Origin: Owenia fusiformis
Taxonomy: Eukaryota
Reading direction: 5' to 3'
Length of the DNA: 64,000 nucleotides
NCBI GenBank assembly: GCA_903813345.2
Contig: CAIIXF020000001.1
Location: forward strand, 14,384,001 to 14,448,000
In this document: one piece after another, positions 1-12,600 of the stretch
Numbering within the stretch: position 1 is the stretch's first letter
Layout: each line of letters starts with the position of its first letter
Translations under genes and position numbers: made by a program
The notes under the pieces: generated by a model
Told to the model about the DNA's origin: nothing
Seen by the model: only the letters and a program-made list of their open reading frames with translations
Databases searched by the model: none

Positions 1-3000
1 CAGACAAAGTTGCTAGTGTGCAAAGTTGCACTTGTACAAGGTTGCACTTATATAAATAAGGCTGCACTTACAGAAAAGGTTACACATTTATAAACAAGGT
101 TATACTTATTAACTAGACAAGGCCACAACAGACAACTTGACACTTGCTCACATCAATCAGCAATGCTGTACAAGAAAACTCTTGATACCACCCAATAACA
201 GCTTCTTTTGTTTATGTTTACAAAAAGGTAACATCTCTTTCTTCCAAGAAACATATCAGCTCTTACGCATGGCTGAAGCCCCACAAAAGAATGTAGAATA
301 TATAGTTACACTGAAAAAATATACAATACTTGGGAAAACAAGCCCACAAGCAGAGATGGCCAAATTGCTAATCACCCATCTTCAAATGAATGAGCAGCAG
401 AATATATCAGGTAAAACCACATAAATGCCTGAGTAAGGAATATAATCGTGAATTTCAACAGAAGTTATATTTTACGGGAATACATCAGGTGAGATCATTC
501 ATCAAATGTATTGACGTAATGTCTTATTTCCTCGGCAGAAATCCTGTCAATTACGTACATGATAGACTCATATAAATATTCCAAGAAATATGACTATGAC
601 ACATCACGTTTTCATCAATATACTGCAAAACTGAATTATGTGAAGCAAGTACCAACGTGTTGTTATATTCATCTTAATAAATCGCAGCTGAGTTTCTACC
701 TTTGATTAGAGGCTCATCAATCTAAAGAGGAACATGGAGATACCTGAATTAAACAAGCCATGTGTCTTATCTGATTACCTGAGTCATTGTTTTTTGAACT
801 GAATTGTTTATACACTTTCTCACAAGGATTTTCTCATCAACAATTCAACATTATATACCCACTTTAAGTTGTGGATCTCTATGCACTGTTGCAAGAGTGG
901 CAACATATATATGTGGGAAATAAATATGGAGTCCCTGACAAATATGAAGGATGAAAAAAGAAACATGGGATATGAAATACTAACTTCTATGTCCTCCCTC
1001 TTTATCTTTGTAAATGGTATTTGGGGATATTTGTGGCTTGCTCTATTCACCAATATATCTTTAGTTTGGATATCAGCTACTTAAAAAGAAAAAATATTAG
1101 AAAAACAGCTATTCTAATTAATGAGCTAAAAATGCTTTCAAGCAAGTTTATGTTTTTATACCTTGATAGATGACATTAATTAAATGATCAAAGATGGAAT
1201 ATTATCATATCATAATCATGGGAGATTAGGTAAAGTTACAGTCTAATGAAGAAATTCAAGAAGTTTTTCTTTGATAAATGTGTATTTATTCATCCAAAAT
1301 TCTTTTGAACGGCTAGTGACGGAGGAATTACCACACTCATATGTAGAATTCATTGATCTTAACTCTGCCAGGATATAATAGATTTCTTCAATCAAACCCT
1401 TAATGTATTTTCAACGATATATAACATGTTATGACGTCAGTTGCAGAAAAAATCTATAAAGAAAACCCCATGTGGGTGGACATGACCTGAATATTTACTC
1501 AATGAATGATCTAAATTCGCACCAGATATCTTACCAGATCTTTTCCAATGATGCAAAGATGATTTCTCAATTCTACATAATGTATTAAAGGTTAATGAGA
1601 ACACAGAATGAAATCCTGCACTAAATGCTGATATGAAAAAGTCCCTACGTGGGGACTGAACCCAGCACCCTTCTTCATCAGGGTGAGTGCATGCTCATTG
1701 TTGAACAATATTTGTCAGGATAGTTATCTTCTGTATTTAGACTTAAAAACATTTCAGTAAAGGGAAATCATTTCTGCTGAAAAAATTGTTTGTTGTCACT
1801 CAAGATAAAGGATGACCAAAATAATTGTTACTCTCTAATTTTTGTAATTACTTTTTCAGTTGCAGTAGACTTCTCAACTTTTTAATGTAGATAGAGTGTT
1901 TAAAGGAGCAAACTGTGAGTGATATAGGAGTATCACTGTTCGCATAGGAGAACTTAGATTTAACATATGACTTTCAAAAATTTCAACATGATTAAGATTC
2001 CAACATGATTAAGAAATTTCGAAATTAGAGGGGTCCTATTTATGGGTCACCCTGTACTTGATTTTTTCATAGATTTTTCAACAAATTTTTTTTATCATTT
2101 TGGATTTATTTTATCTGTTTTTTAAAAATATAGGAGTCAATTAAAGAACAATTTTGCCGAAGAAGAAAACTCACTTGAGGAAGGTTGTTAATTCCAAATG
2201 GGTGCTCTCTAGGCCTTTTGTTAATCTTACTATTATTCAGTCATATTGTTATAAGCTAAGAAATCCAAATGCTACAGAAATATTTTTACACTTTAAAATA
2301 GTAAAAACAAATTAATGGTAAAATAAAACACATGTATCTTAGCAAATAATTATAGCTAATCTCTTTATTATAGCAACAACTCTGAAGAAAAACTGATTAG
2401 TAGTTTTTGTTTATCACATTTAATGGACAAAAAGTTCTTGAAATGATAACCTTTACTTATAGTTTACATGACATTGTATGTTTGTTTACCTTTCTTTCAC
2501 CCTGTGGCACAAAGGCCCAGAGTGGCAATTATTACCCTCTGACAGCGTCAAATAAATATACAGTTTTGATGCTGATCCCAATGGTCCCAAACGAATATAT
2601 AGCTTTCATGGCTTTTCATGGGAGTTTTACAGTCAGCTGCTCATGAAGACAGACCCATCCTCTGAACACGAGCCTCCTGAACTGATACATTGTTCTTCCA
2701 AGAAGGATAGAATGTAGTAGATGATGTCTGGAGGATAAGCCAGACCATGGCAACAATTTCAGATGTATGATTAGTAAAGGCTAGATGAATTGATTATCTC
2801 AAGTACAAAGTATAGATGAAGTTCCTTTAAAAAGCAAAATCAAAGTAATGAAAGGGAAACCTCTCTTAATGTATATTACTTTTTTTTATTGCTGCTTTAA
2901 AAACACATAACCCCTTGTGCCAAATTGCTTTCTTTCCCTGTTCTGAAGTTAATAGATTTTATGTGTTTTTAATATTGTTCTGTCTGTTAACGTCCCCAAA

Positions 3001-3839
3001 GACCCTGATTTGAATAACACAAATGGATGCTTTTAAGGAACAGGGGAGTGTCTTACAAATTGATTAACTATATTGAAGTCTTATTTTTAAGAAAATGCTT
3101 TAATGTTCTGTATTATTGTAGTGTTTAATCCATTGATCCATGATTTCTTATTGGGTACTCACTCCCTTAATGATATGGAGTGATTCCTAAATTCAAGATC
3201 GCCATGTTGTTCCAGGGAGGTGACATAATCGCCCATGATTGTTCTTGGTCTCTTTCCCTACATGTATACGACATTGCAGCTTTTTATTATACTTTTTATC
3301 TTCAAATGAAAATTATGAGGTATTTGAAAATGGTGAATCTCAGCGCTCTTTCTCCAACTTAGTAAAGTATAAGTGAAAAGTACAAGTGAGATATAGTACC
3401 ATAGTGAATTACTAAGTAACCAGTGTCCAATGGCAGCATTATAGTGCCAATAGTGTCACACAGACACTTAAAATGATCAAGAAGAAGAAATCTGTGACCT
3501 GAAGATAATATTATATGTACCCATAAATACACCCACTTTGTACGACAAAAAAACATTTTCCTTTACAATTTGGCATGGCGCTGTAAAAACTGACAGGGAC
3601 GCATTCACAAATTCAGAGCATTCAACACATTAGAAGTCGAAAGTAAAACTGGGCCAACACCATTTCTATTCTGATAAACAACATCTTACCAAGCACCCAA
3701 AGCAATGTTCTGTGTAAAAATACCAGACAGTTTGTAAACAACTAATAATTCACTGATAACTTTTACACTTTAAAGTACAGAAAAAAATCTTCAACATGTC
3801 AAATTCTGAAAAGAAAAATCATAACATATTTTTACTTAC

Positions 3840-3927
3840 CTCTCACGTCATCGCTGGAGTCATCACTTCGGAATTCCGCTTGTTCTTCGCATCCTCCAAT
3901 GGAGAAATATATGACTTTTGTAGCCAT
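3840..3927 (-). CDS. PDE9A: First coding exon of a PDE9-like cGMP-specific phosphodiesterase; gene continues left of the window
   Basis: ATG at 3927 reads MATKVIYFSIGGCEEQAEFRSDDSSDDVR+G, then a consensus donor GTAAGT (3839-3834). The peptide resembles, from memory, the KVIYF..G..EQAEF...DV N-terminus of PDE9A-like proteins. The expected next exon (LFR.AAEAGP..ILKLY) was not found in 1-3839. Confidence 0.6.
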
Positions 3928-4282
3928 ATTCTGTTTTACATTGTATAAGTCCGTTTAATTGTAAAATTGCTGTAGATTTTGTTGGCTCTCAGTCAATCTC
4001 TCTACTCATAGTTGTGAACGATCTGTTGTACAAGTTGTAACTGTGTGTGACTCAAAAGCAGATTCAATTAACGAGTTACGAATGGTGATGATCTTAGTCA
4101 AGTTCTGGTGTCACAAAACTTCGATTAAATATTGCATTTCTTAGTTAGTAAAATTCCATGTATTTTTAGCTTTCATTATGTACTAGTGAAAACAGTTAAT
4201 TTCAGAATTCAAATTTAGAGATGATATATCTTAGTAATTGGTTTATTTTAGTTTGCTTTTGGTTTTCTTAACTACGCACAAT

Positions 4283-4480
4283 GTCACGTGACTTATATCT
4301 ACATAAGGCCAAGGTAGTTTAGCAAACAAACTTGTTAGGTTCACACTTGTACTTTACAATTATATATCACAGAATAATATCATCTTGATTTATCAGTCTC
4401 TCTTTATCGTAAACTATGTCAAGTTCCAACGAATAGTAGAGACTGCAAATCCCACAATGGGATACTATAGTCCCATAAAG
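4283..4480. promoter_or_regulatory. Putative promoter motifs upstream of the PDE9-like exon
   Basis: Palindromic E-box GTCACGTGAC (4283-4292) and two ZNF143/Staf-like motifs, ACTGCAAATCCCACAATGG and ACTATAGTCCCATAA (about 4442-4480), 350-550 bp upstream of the ATG. Confidence 0.35.
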
Positions 4481-5628
4481 ATATCATCAAGTTATAAAAC
4501 TTTATTCATAAAATTATTTATTCTTTATTCATTTATCTTTATTCATAAGCAAATTTTTTAGACCAGTTTAGGGTTAGCTCAATTACTATCTCAGGAAAAT
4601 GCCTAATTTGATCAAAAATTGAAGAGCCAATCTCAATGGAATTGAACAATGAAGAGCCAATCTCCATGGTGCCTACGCATGGTATATGAACAAATAATCA
4701 TGCTCTGTCATGTACTGTAAAGTGTAAAAGTTATGTTTCCATGTCATATAAGCCTGATATATAAATAGTTCAAATATCAAAGCATTAAGTCAACTATAAA
4801 AAGTTTTATTTCGATGAAAACAAAAAATACCGACATCAACACTAACCATCCACCATCTTAGATGTGAAGGTTACTGACCAGAGAACATGAGGAACAGAGA
4901 TCAGAGTTGTTTTGAAAAAATTGTCACAATTTTACAATAAATTTTGCTTTTGTCATTTTATGTTATTCACATTATAAAAGTCTAACAGTTATGACTTTAT
5001 TACCTGAAGATCCTTCGAATATTTACGATAAGCTGACTTTATCATTTAAGTATAAGAAAAAGGATGTCCTATATCTAGACCCATACGGATCCAAATTGAG
5101 GACAACTTCAATTTGGAAAATATCTAGGGGCTGTTCCGGGGCTGTAAGAACATGATGTACGTACAAGCAGAACATCACAGGTACATCAACCTTAAAATGT
5201 CAAAACATAAAAGCATGAGTCATTAAATAGTCATTTTATTTGTATCAGTATTCGTCAATATTGTAATAATACAAAAAATTGATTTTATACAAAAAGCCCT
5301 AATACGCATGGGAATTCATACATGTTTCACAATAACTCAGGACTACTTGAGTCAATACAGCATTATACAGAGCAGACTTCAAATACGAAATAAAAAATAA
5401 TAATTCTGCCCAGTATCTCTACATGGAATCAGCTTGAAAATGTGAGGTCCTATTTACATAATATCAGTTTCAAAACAAAAAATAAATATAAAATACATAT
5501 ATAACTATATGAATGCTGTTCTATGGTAGCAGGTATGGTAAACATTATTCAGATCAGATGTGTGTACCAACTTAGCTTACAGTAGTCTGAAACGAGAGGT
5601 ACAGTGTGCTCTCATTGTCAAATATGAA

Positions 5629-5811
5629 CAGTAAAACAACATGGATAAGTGGAACACCTTCAGTGCCTCTAAAAGTATTCTACCTGTGAGGTCTTCCACT
5701 TATAAATTAAGGTTCATTTAACATTAAATCAATCAAGGCATATGATACTCTGAAAATTGTTCAACATTCAGAGGTGTTTCATTTACAGGTGTTCGTTTAC
5801 AGGTTTTACCG
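5629..5811. mobile_element. Tigger-like MITE, same family as 7820-7975
   Basis: CAGTAAAAC...AAGTGGAACACC at the left end; ACAGGTTTTACCG|TA at the right end. Confidence 0.65.
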
Positions 5812-7819
5812 TACATGTATTTAAAAAACACATCTAAACACACACATGAACTATCTTGGTTTAATCAAATGAAAATGAGAGAAATCAATCACAAAAGTCA
5901 AGTTAATTACTTTATACTTGTACTTAAATATAAAACTGTTCCAAATATGATCTTTTGACAATGGTATTTCTCCAAACTTAAATCAAATTTGTCAAAATGA
6001 ATGAACTTGAGGGACCCCTCCAACCATATTTGGGTAAACGGCATGCTCTCATAACTGACCTTGAATATGAGAAACTTTCCAGGATCGATATAAGAACTGT
6101 ACACCAGACTGTCATATAGGATATAATTGAGTTATGCAATACAATTCAGAATATAATTGAGTTAGTCTTCCATACAAATATTAATTAATAATAAATGAGT
6201 TTATTGCCTATAAAGCAATTACTCCTTTATCCCAGAGACCACTCCAGATGGAAATTGCTCTCAATGGACTCATTCATAATGCCAAGCAACAAGTAAGAGT
6301 CTTTATGCTTCCATTCAAATGAAGCAATTATGAACCAATAAAACATGTAAAAATAGTCATCTTCTTTCTTGTCAAAACAAAATAACCAGAAAATTAATGA
6401 GTGAAAATCAAACAGCAATTAATACTCGTAAACCTGATAAAATCCAGTTCAGTTGAATAAACCGATATATAAATATATTTCTAGGGAATAGAAGCTAGAT
6501 AGTCCAGTGACCAAGAGCATTAATATATCAAAGGAATAAGAAATAGGAAATAGCTAATAACATGACATGTACTGGTAAATCTCTTCATCCTCAATTATTG
6601 GGTTTTCTAGTTTGTGTGCAAAATATTTTTTCTTCCACCAATATGAGCCAGGACTCATTTAGATGGCAGTTTACTAATTTTCTCTAATGGGATATTCCTC
6701 ACACCTGTCCCATTGGTTTATGTGTAATTATTGCTGTCTTAAAAATATATTTAATCAATCAAATTAATACTAGAATCACATTTTCTCTTCAGAAATATTT
6801 TCTTACATGTTCTAAGTTTCAATATCATGAAGTTTTGGATATTTTCATTGAAATTTAATTTAGGAGATTTTTGAAGCATTTTTACATGTTAAAGTACACA
6901 ATTAAACCCACTGAAATTTTCGCCATCTATTGGCAGTCCTTAAGGCCATTGGAATTAAATTATCGGGTAAAGAGGTAAAAGCATACAATGTGTATCGTAA
7001 ATTGTAAAAATAATGAAAATAGAAAACACACATATGACATGCATATGCCCAATAATGGGTTAAGTTTTAACCTGAATAAGAAATAAGAATGGAATTCACT
7101 TGCCCTTACATTGAGATTATTTGTAAAATATTGCTATTCCATATATATAAACTTATTGTATACATACTATAAATGTAATTAAAAAGCAGTTTTATAGAAT
7201 AGAATGATATATAATCACTCATAAAATGTCTGCACAATATAATACAAACAAGTTGATGATATGTACGTAAATGCAATAAATTAGAATTCATGAATTTTAC
7301 ATTTTCTTGATTTATGTACATGTCAATCGAGAAGCTAGTCAAAAGCAACTCATGCATCAATGATAAAAATGAATTTAATTTAAATCATTGATTTTTCCAT
7401 CAATGAGAGCTGGGTGACCTGGGGGAATATCTCATTCAATACCACTGACAGTGAGTTATATCATGAATTCTAATAGGCTGCATTCAACCATGTGGTACCT
7501 GGGTTCATGAAAAATTATAGCTTTTCAGTTACATATAGGCATGAAGGGCAATTTGTTTTATGGATAAAATCTGACAACTTCAGATTGAATTCCTTCATTT
7601 ACATAAAGTGCAAATGCACATTTGTGTTTTTTTCCAACTCTTCTATTTGTATAAAGGGAGAATCAGATAAGCTACTTTCAAGTACTGCCTCGATTTTATA
7701 ATCCGATGTGCTTATACCATTCATTGTCATTTTCAAGAAAACTTAAATGATATCCCATTCAATACAAGGGAAGCCATCAATTCTTTCTCCTCATAGAAAT
7801 AAAAATATGAGTACATATA

Positions 7820-7975
7820 CAGTAAAACCTGTCTAAGTGGAACACTTTTGGTTCCTCTAAAGAGTATTCCACTTGCGAGGTGTTCCACTTATAGAGTAAC
7901 ATTTAGTCATGGGAAAGTGTATCACTTACAGAGGTGTTCCACTTCTAGAGGTGTTTCACTTCACAGGTTTCACTG
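7820..7975. mobile_element. Tc1/mariner (pogo/Tigger-like) MITE
   Basis: TA|CAGTAAAACCTGT...ACAGGTTTCACTG|TA with internal GGTGTTCCACTT repeats. Related copies at 5629-5811, 21957-22054 and 26903-27064. Confidence 0.8.
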
Positions 7976-9631
7976 TATTTACATTTTTCATTGCTCCTGT
8001 ACAATACATCTGATTCTAGCTTTAAACATTCTGCATCAAAATATATTTTTTCCTTCATCCGCCATGTATGCAGCAATTTCACATACTATAAATCACAATG
8101 ACAGTCTTATAGACACTACATGTAATTATCAACATTTATATATTTTCCCATATACATTTTCATATAAAAACTGTTATTTTAGATTTCACTAAGTATTGAT
8201 TGAAGTTACATTATATATGGTTATGGTTGGGACAAGGTACTGTTACAGACATTTCAACATGCTAAGACTATACATATTAACGGCATAACGTTATGGGATA
8301 TGTTCCAAAAATCTCCAAGTACAAACTGTATGAGTCTCATTTGATATAATCACTTAAAATGAAAACATTTGTACCTGTATTAATTTATCATGGTTTACAG
8401 TAGTTTCGTTTACTTTAACATCATCAAGACAATTTTTATACTCCTCCAATTTGAAATTTATGTATTAGTAGATATATACTAAGAAGCACCGTAGGAGGGT
8501 AGCAACATACAAATTATTCAGATAATACACATGCTATAAGGTAAGTAATGCACACAATAATACAAAGCAAACAAATACACAGGAGATTTCTTAAAATGAG
8601 AACTACTGTGTGTATTATTACATAGTACTATCATCTAGACTACAAATGACAAAGATGTCCATAAATAAATTTCAGAACAAATCCCTACCCTTGTAGGTTT
8701 TATAAAACATTCTCAGGTATTTCCGTTTCCAGAGATTTAAATAATTTTCAAAGTATTTTAATAAGAAAACTGAGAAATACATTCTTTCTGAAAATTCTGT
8801 TTTTAGGTTCTCACCTTACCTCATCTTTAGTTCTGATTACCTTTATCTTTAACTGTCATATTTTTATTATCAAATAATGAGAAATGTTACGACAGAATCA
8901 GCAAGTGTTAATACATCATTTATCAGCTAATGAAACCATTATTATTGCTTTTATTACAAATGTCTAACAGGTGTGAAAAAATCATTGTTTACAACATACA
9001 ATATAACATAGGTTATTACACGGTAGAGGAGGATGGATTTTTTGAATGAATAAAACTTTCTCAGAAAATAAAAGTGATATTTGAAAATCCCATATTTAAT
9101 CCTGTATTCACAAAATTCCATGTTCAATCCTGTATTCACAAAATCCCTTATTCAGTCCAATTTTAGTCTAAATTCTGTATTCACCCATAGCCAAGACTTT
9201 ATGAGATTTGGTATATGACATTGAAGTCAATTTTCTCACATAGCTATGAACTTATTAATATCGTTGTTTTGATCTCATACCTACAATTGTAACTTCTCCA
9301 TTCTGAAGTATTTCCTATACTCCATTAATACTGGTATATGTTGCTTGATCCTCAAGACATCTTTGACACCATAGCATTTTCTATTGCAAGCCAGGTGCCA
9401 GGTAGGGCATTCAAATAATAACAATGTTTCACATGAGCTGACACAATCTATATGTATTCATCAAGAACTTGGCAATCTTCTCCAAAATAATTTGAGTGAC
9501 CTTTGATACAGTGCAACTAACTTTGTTAAGCCTTCCACCACATTTATATACTAAGAACATGATTTTTCCACAGTAAGTTCAACCATAATTCAGTCATAGT
9601 GGATTTCCTGAACTGTCAACAACATCAAAAA

Positions 9632-12600
9632 TCACTGTTGTTTGCAGCTACTGCGTTTTGAATTTCCAGGGGTCTTTTTTCCACTTCCGCTGTTTCGTTT
9701 ACTCTTATCAGGAGGGGTCCTTCGTTGTCCGGCAACAGGCATCAGAACAGGAGAATCTGGTCGCTCCTCTTCAGGAGTATCATCATAACTTGTAATGTGT
9801 GGAGGGTCATTTACTGGAAATGAAATCACATGTAAATGGGGTCATTTAGAAATATAAATCCTTGAATAAATCCTCACTAATTAATGCCAAAATCAGCAAG
9901 AAATGGATTGAGTATACAATTAAGCGATCGATCGAGACATGAAACGAACACATACAAAAACAGCGGCCTTATGAGAAAAACAACATTCATGACAACCTAT
10001 GAACTTTATCTCAATATAGTAAAATACAATGTGAAATGGGTCAAGGGCTTTACAATCAATAACATATCAAAAACACCATGTGTATCTTGGATAACACAAT
10101 TTGATGTGCAGTCTGAGCCTGTATTTGTGAATGCAACCTTCGGCTATCGGCTACCGGATTGACCAACTATTTTATGGGCAACTCATTTAAATATGAATAG
10201 TAGGCCTCCCTGCCACTTTTCCTTTCATATTCAAATGAGTTGGTCATAAATAATTAGGTTAATCGGCAGCCGACATCCGTCATTTGCATTCGCGAATACA
10301 AGCTGAGTTTGAGTCTGTGCTTGACTTTAATGCAAAACTCCTTGAATATTTTACATGGTCGGAATACCTTATTGTCTGAACTGTCTATCTTGTGTACTAA
10401 AAACAGTAAGACATATCATCATACATTCCTTTTGCACTATATTTACATAAAGATAAGTTTCCCTTTCTATCAATCATCTAGCAATATACCAACACTTATG
10501 GATGTAAACAATTTAATATTTAATTAATAAATGTAAATAGAATATATCAAAAATGTTCCATATATAGAACTACTGTATTATATCATGTGTCATGAATCTT
10601 TTTGATACAAAAATGTGTAAATTAGATAAATTGGCAAAAATTAGTAAGATTAGATCTGAATTCTGGTAACTAATTTGTTGTTAGGAGGTTATGCAAAAAG
10701 TATGACACCTTGTCATTAAAAACAACATTTTGGATATAGAACCCTTTCTCAATCTTAAACTTATTTTCTTTTAAAAGTCAGACTAGCAGAATATAACAGA
10801 CTTTCACCCCCTTCCCAAATGTAAGAATATATATATTCTGTAGTATAAAGTATAGATACAATGAGAAACAAAATAGATACAATGAGAAACAAAATAGATA
10901 CAATGAGAAACAAAATAGATGCAATAAGAAACAAAAGTTCATTTTCAATTTTTATCTTTAGGAATTTAATAGATAGTTTATTTGTTGAATATTATCTCTA
11001 AAGTAAATAAGTAATATAGTGGATCAACTGAAGAGCATACACGCTTTGATAAGAATTTTAATAGTGGATGTCAAATATCATAACTTATCAATGGCAATCT
11101 ACTTAGTAATCATAAAATAGTACCCCAGACTGAAGTAACATACTCCTATCTAACTTACTCCTATAAGTTGACAAATGAAGAGCTACAACAAATCTGAATG
11201 CATATTTGGAAATTATATTAAGTAGACAAAAAATATTTTAAATTCATCCTCAATACTCATCCATGAAATTCTATAAAGAAGTAAGATGAACCAGGAAAAT
11301 AAATATATGTATATGTTTATGGATACGCCTCAAGCACCTCTCATTAAATTACTGATAGATTATTGAGAATGTATTTTCAGTTCTTTTTGAGACACAAGTT
11401 GATAAGTATTTCATGTTAAGAGTATTTCAATAAAGGTTGTACAGAAAACACACTACTTCTGTGCAGCCTACTACATGTAAACAAAGGAAACAGAGATTAA
11501 GAACAAACAGAGATCTCAAATGTCAATTGCAATAAACTTGATGATAACCGTTAAGTATTAAGCAATAAGCAATAAAGGTGCACAAGACTATTCCCAATTT
11601 ATTACTTTAATGTTACATCCAGTACTTCCTTTCCTTGTAATAAAGACAAAGGGGTCGACTCAAGACTTATTTTACAAATAATCATTAATGGGCCATTTCC
11701 TGTAATTCTGATCCAATATTTCCCCAAAATATTTTCAATTTGCAACAAACAAAATCAATAAACCTTCATTTCTGTAAAAATATGAAAGCTTAAAATATCA
11801 CTCATGCAGAAAGTGAATTATATGTTCCTTAAGTTTTTTTTCGGAAAAAAGGTTCACTAAAAATGTTTTTATGTGGAAAAGCTTGCTTTTGACCTTTTAA
11901 GCCCATTCATCTTCATAATATCATCTTTTTCATGAATGAAAATACTAATTGCAAGAATGTTTCCATTTCTGCCTTTCAAAATTTATCATTTCACCATTTT
12001 ATAGACTTTTCACCAATGCAGGAGCACTTTGTATCAATGAATATGTGTATAAATGAACGCTAATATGTTCTCCCCCTTGATTTCAAGAGGATGAACGTTT
12101 GTACATAAAAATGCACAAAGTTGAGCTAGTCGTCTGGAACATCTTGTTGAGTTGCTCAACGGAGCCGAGTTTTAAGTTGCTAAAGAACAATTCAAATATC
12201 ATTCAGACAAAAAAAGGTATGCAACATTTTGTGAATGTTACAGTTGAGGGGAGAACATAATTATTTGACACCCTGTATACTTGTGTTTAAATGAACACTT
12301 ATATAATTGAACATGTGTATAAATGAATGCTTTTATAAGTAAACAAATGAACACTTGTATTTATGAACACTTGTAAAAGTGAACACTTGTTATATAAATA
12401 TACATTTGTAATGTACACTTGTATAACTAAACACTTGTACAAATGAACATGCATTTATTATTCACCTGGTTGCTGTGCATAATCTCTGTAAGCAGGATTC
12501 CATGTGTTCTGCCCTCTATCTTCTGATTAAAACATTAAAAACACAAGTGTTAGGTACGTGTGAACACTGACTACAAACAACATTGATATAAACTACACAT

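Noticed and set aside
1..135. Degenerate 19-bp repeats (AAGGTTGCACTTA) as a regulatory array
   Set aside because: Looks like a decayed minisatellite cut by the window edge; no further support.
2564..2717. Plus-strand exon-like frame (FDADPNGPKRIYSFHGFSWEF...)
   Set aside because: Weak acceptor, phase incompatible with the 249-410 candidate, and no recognisable homology.
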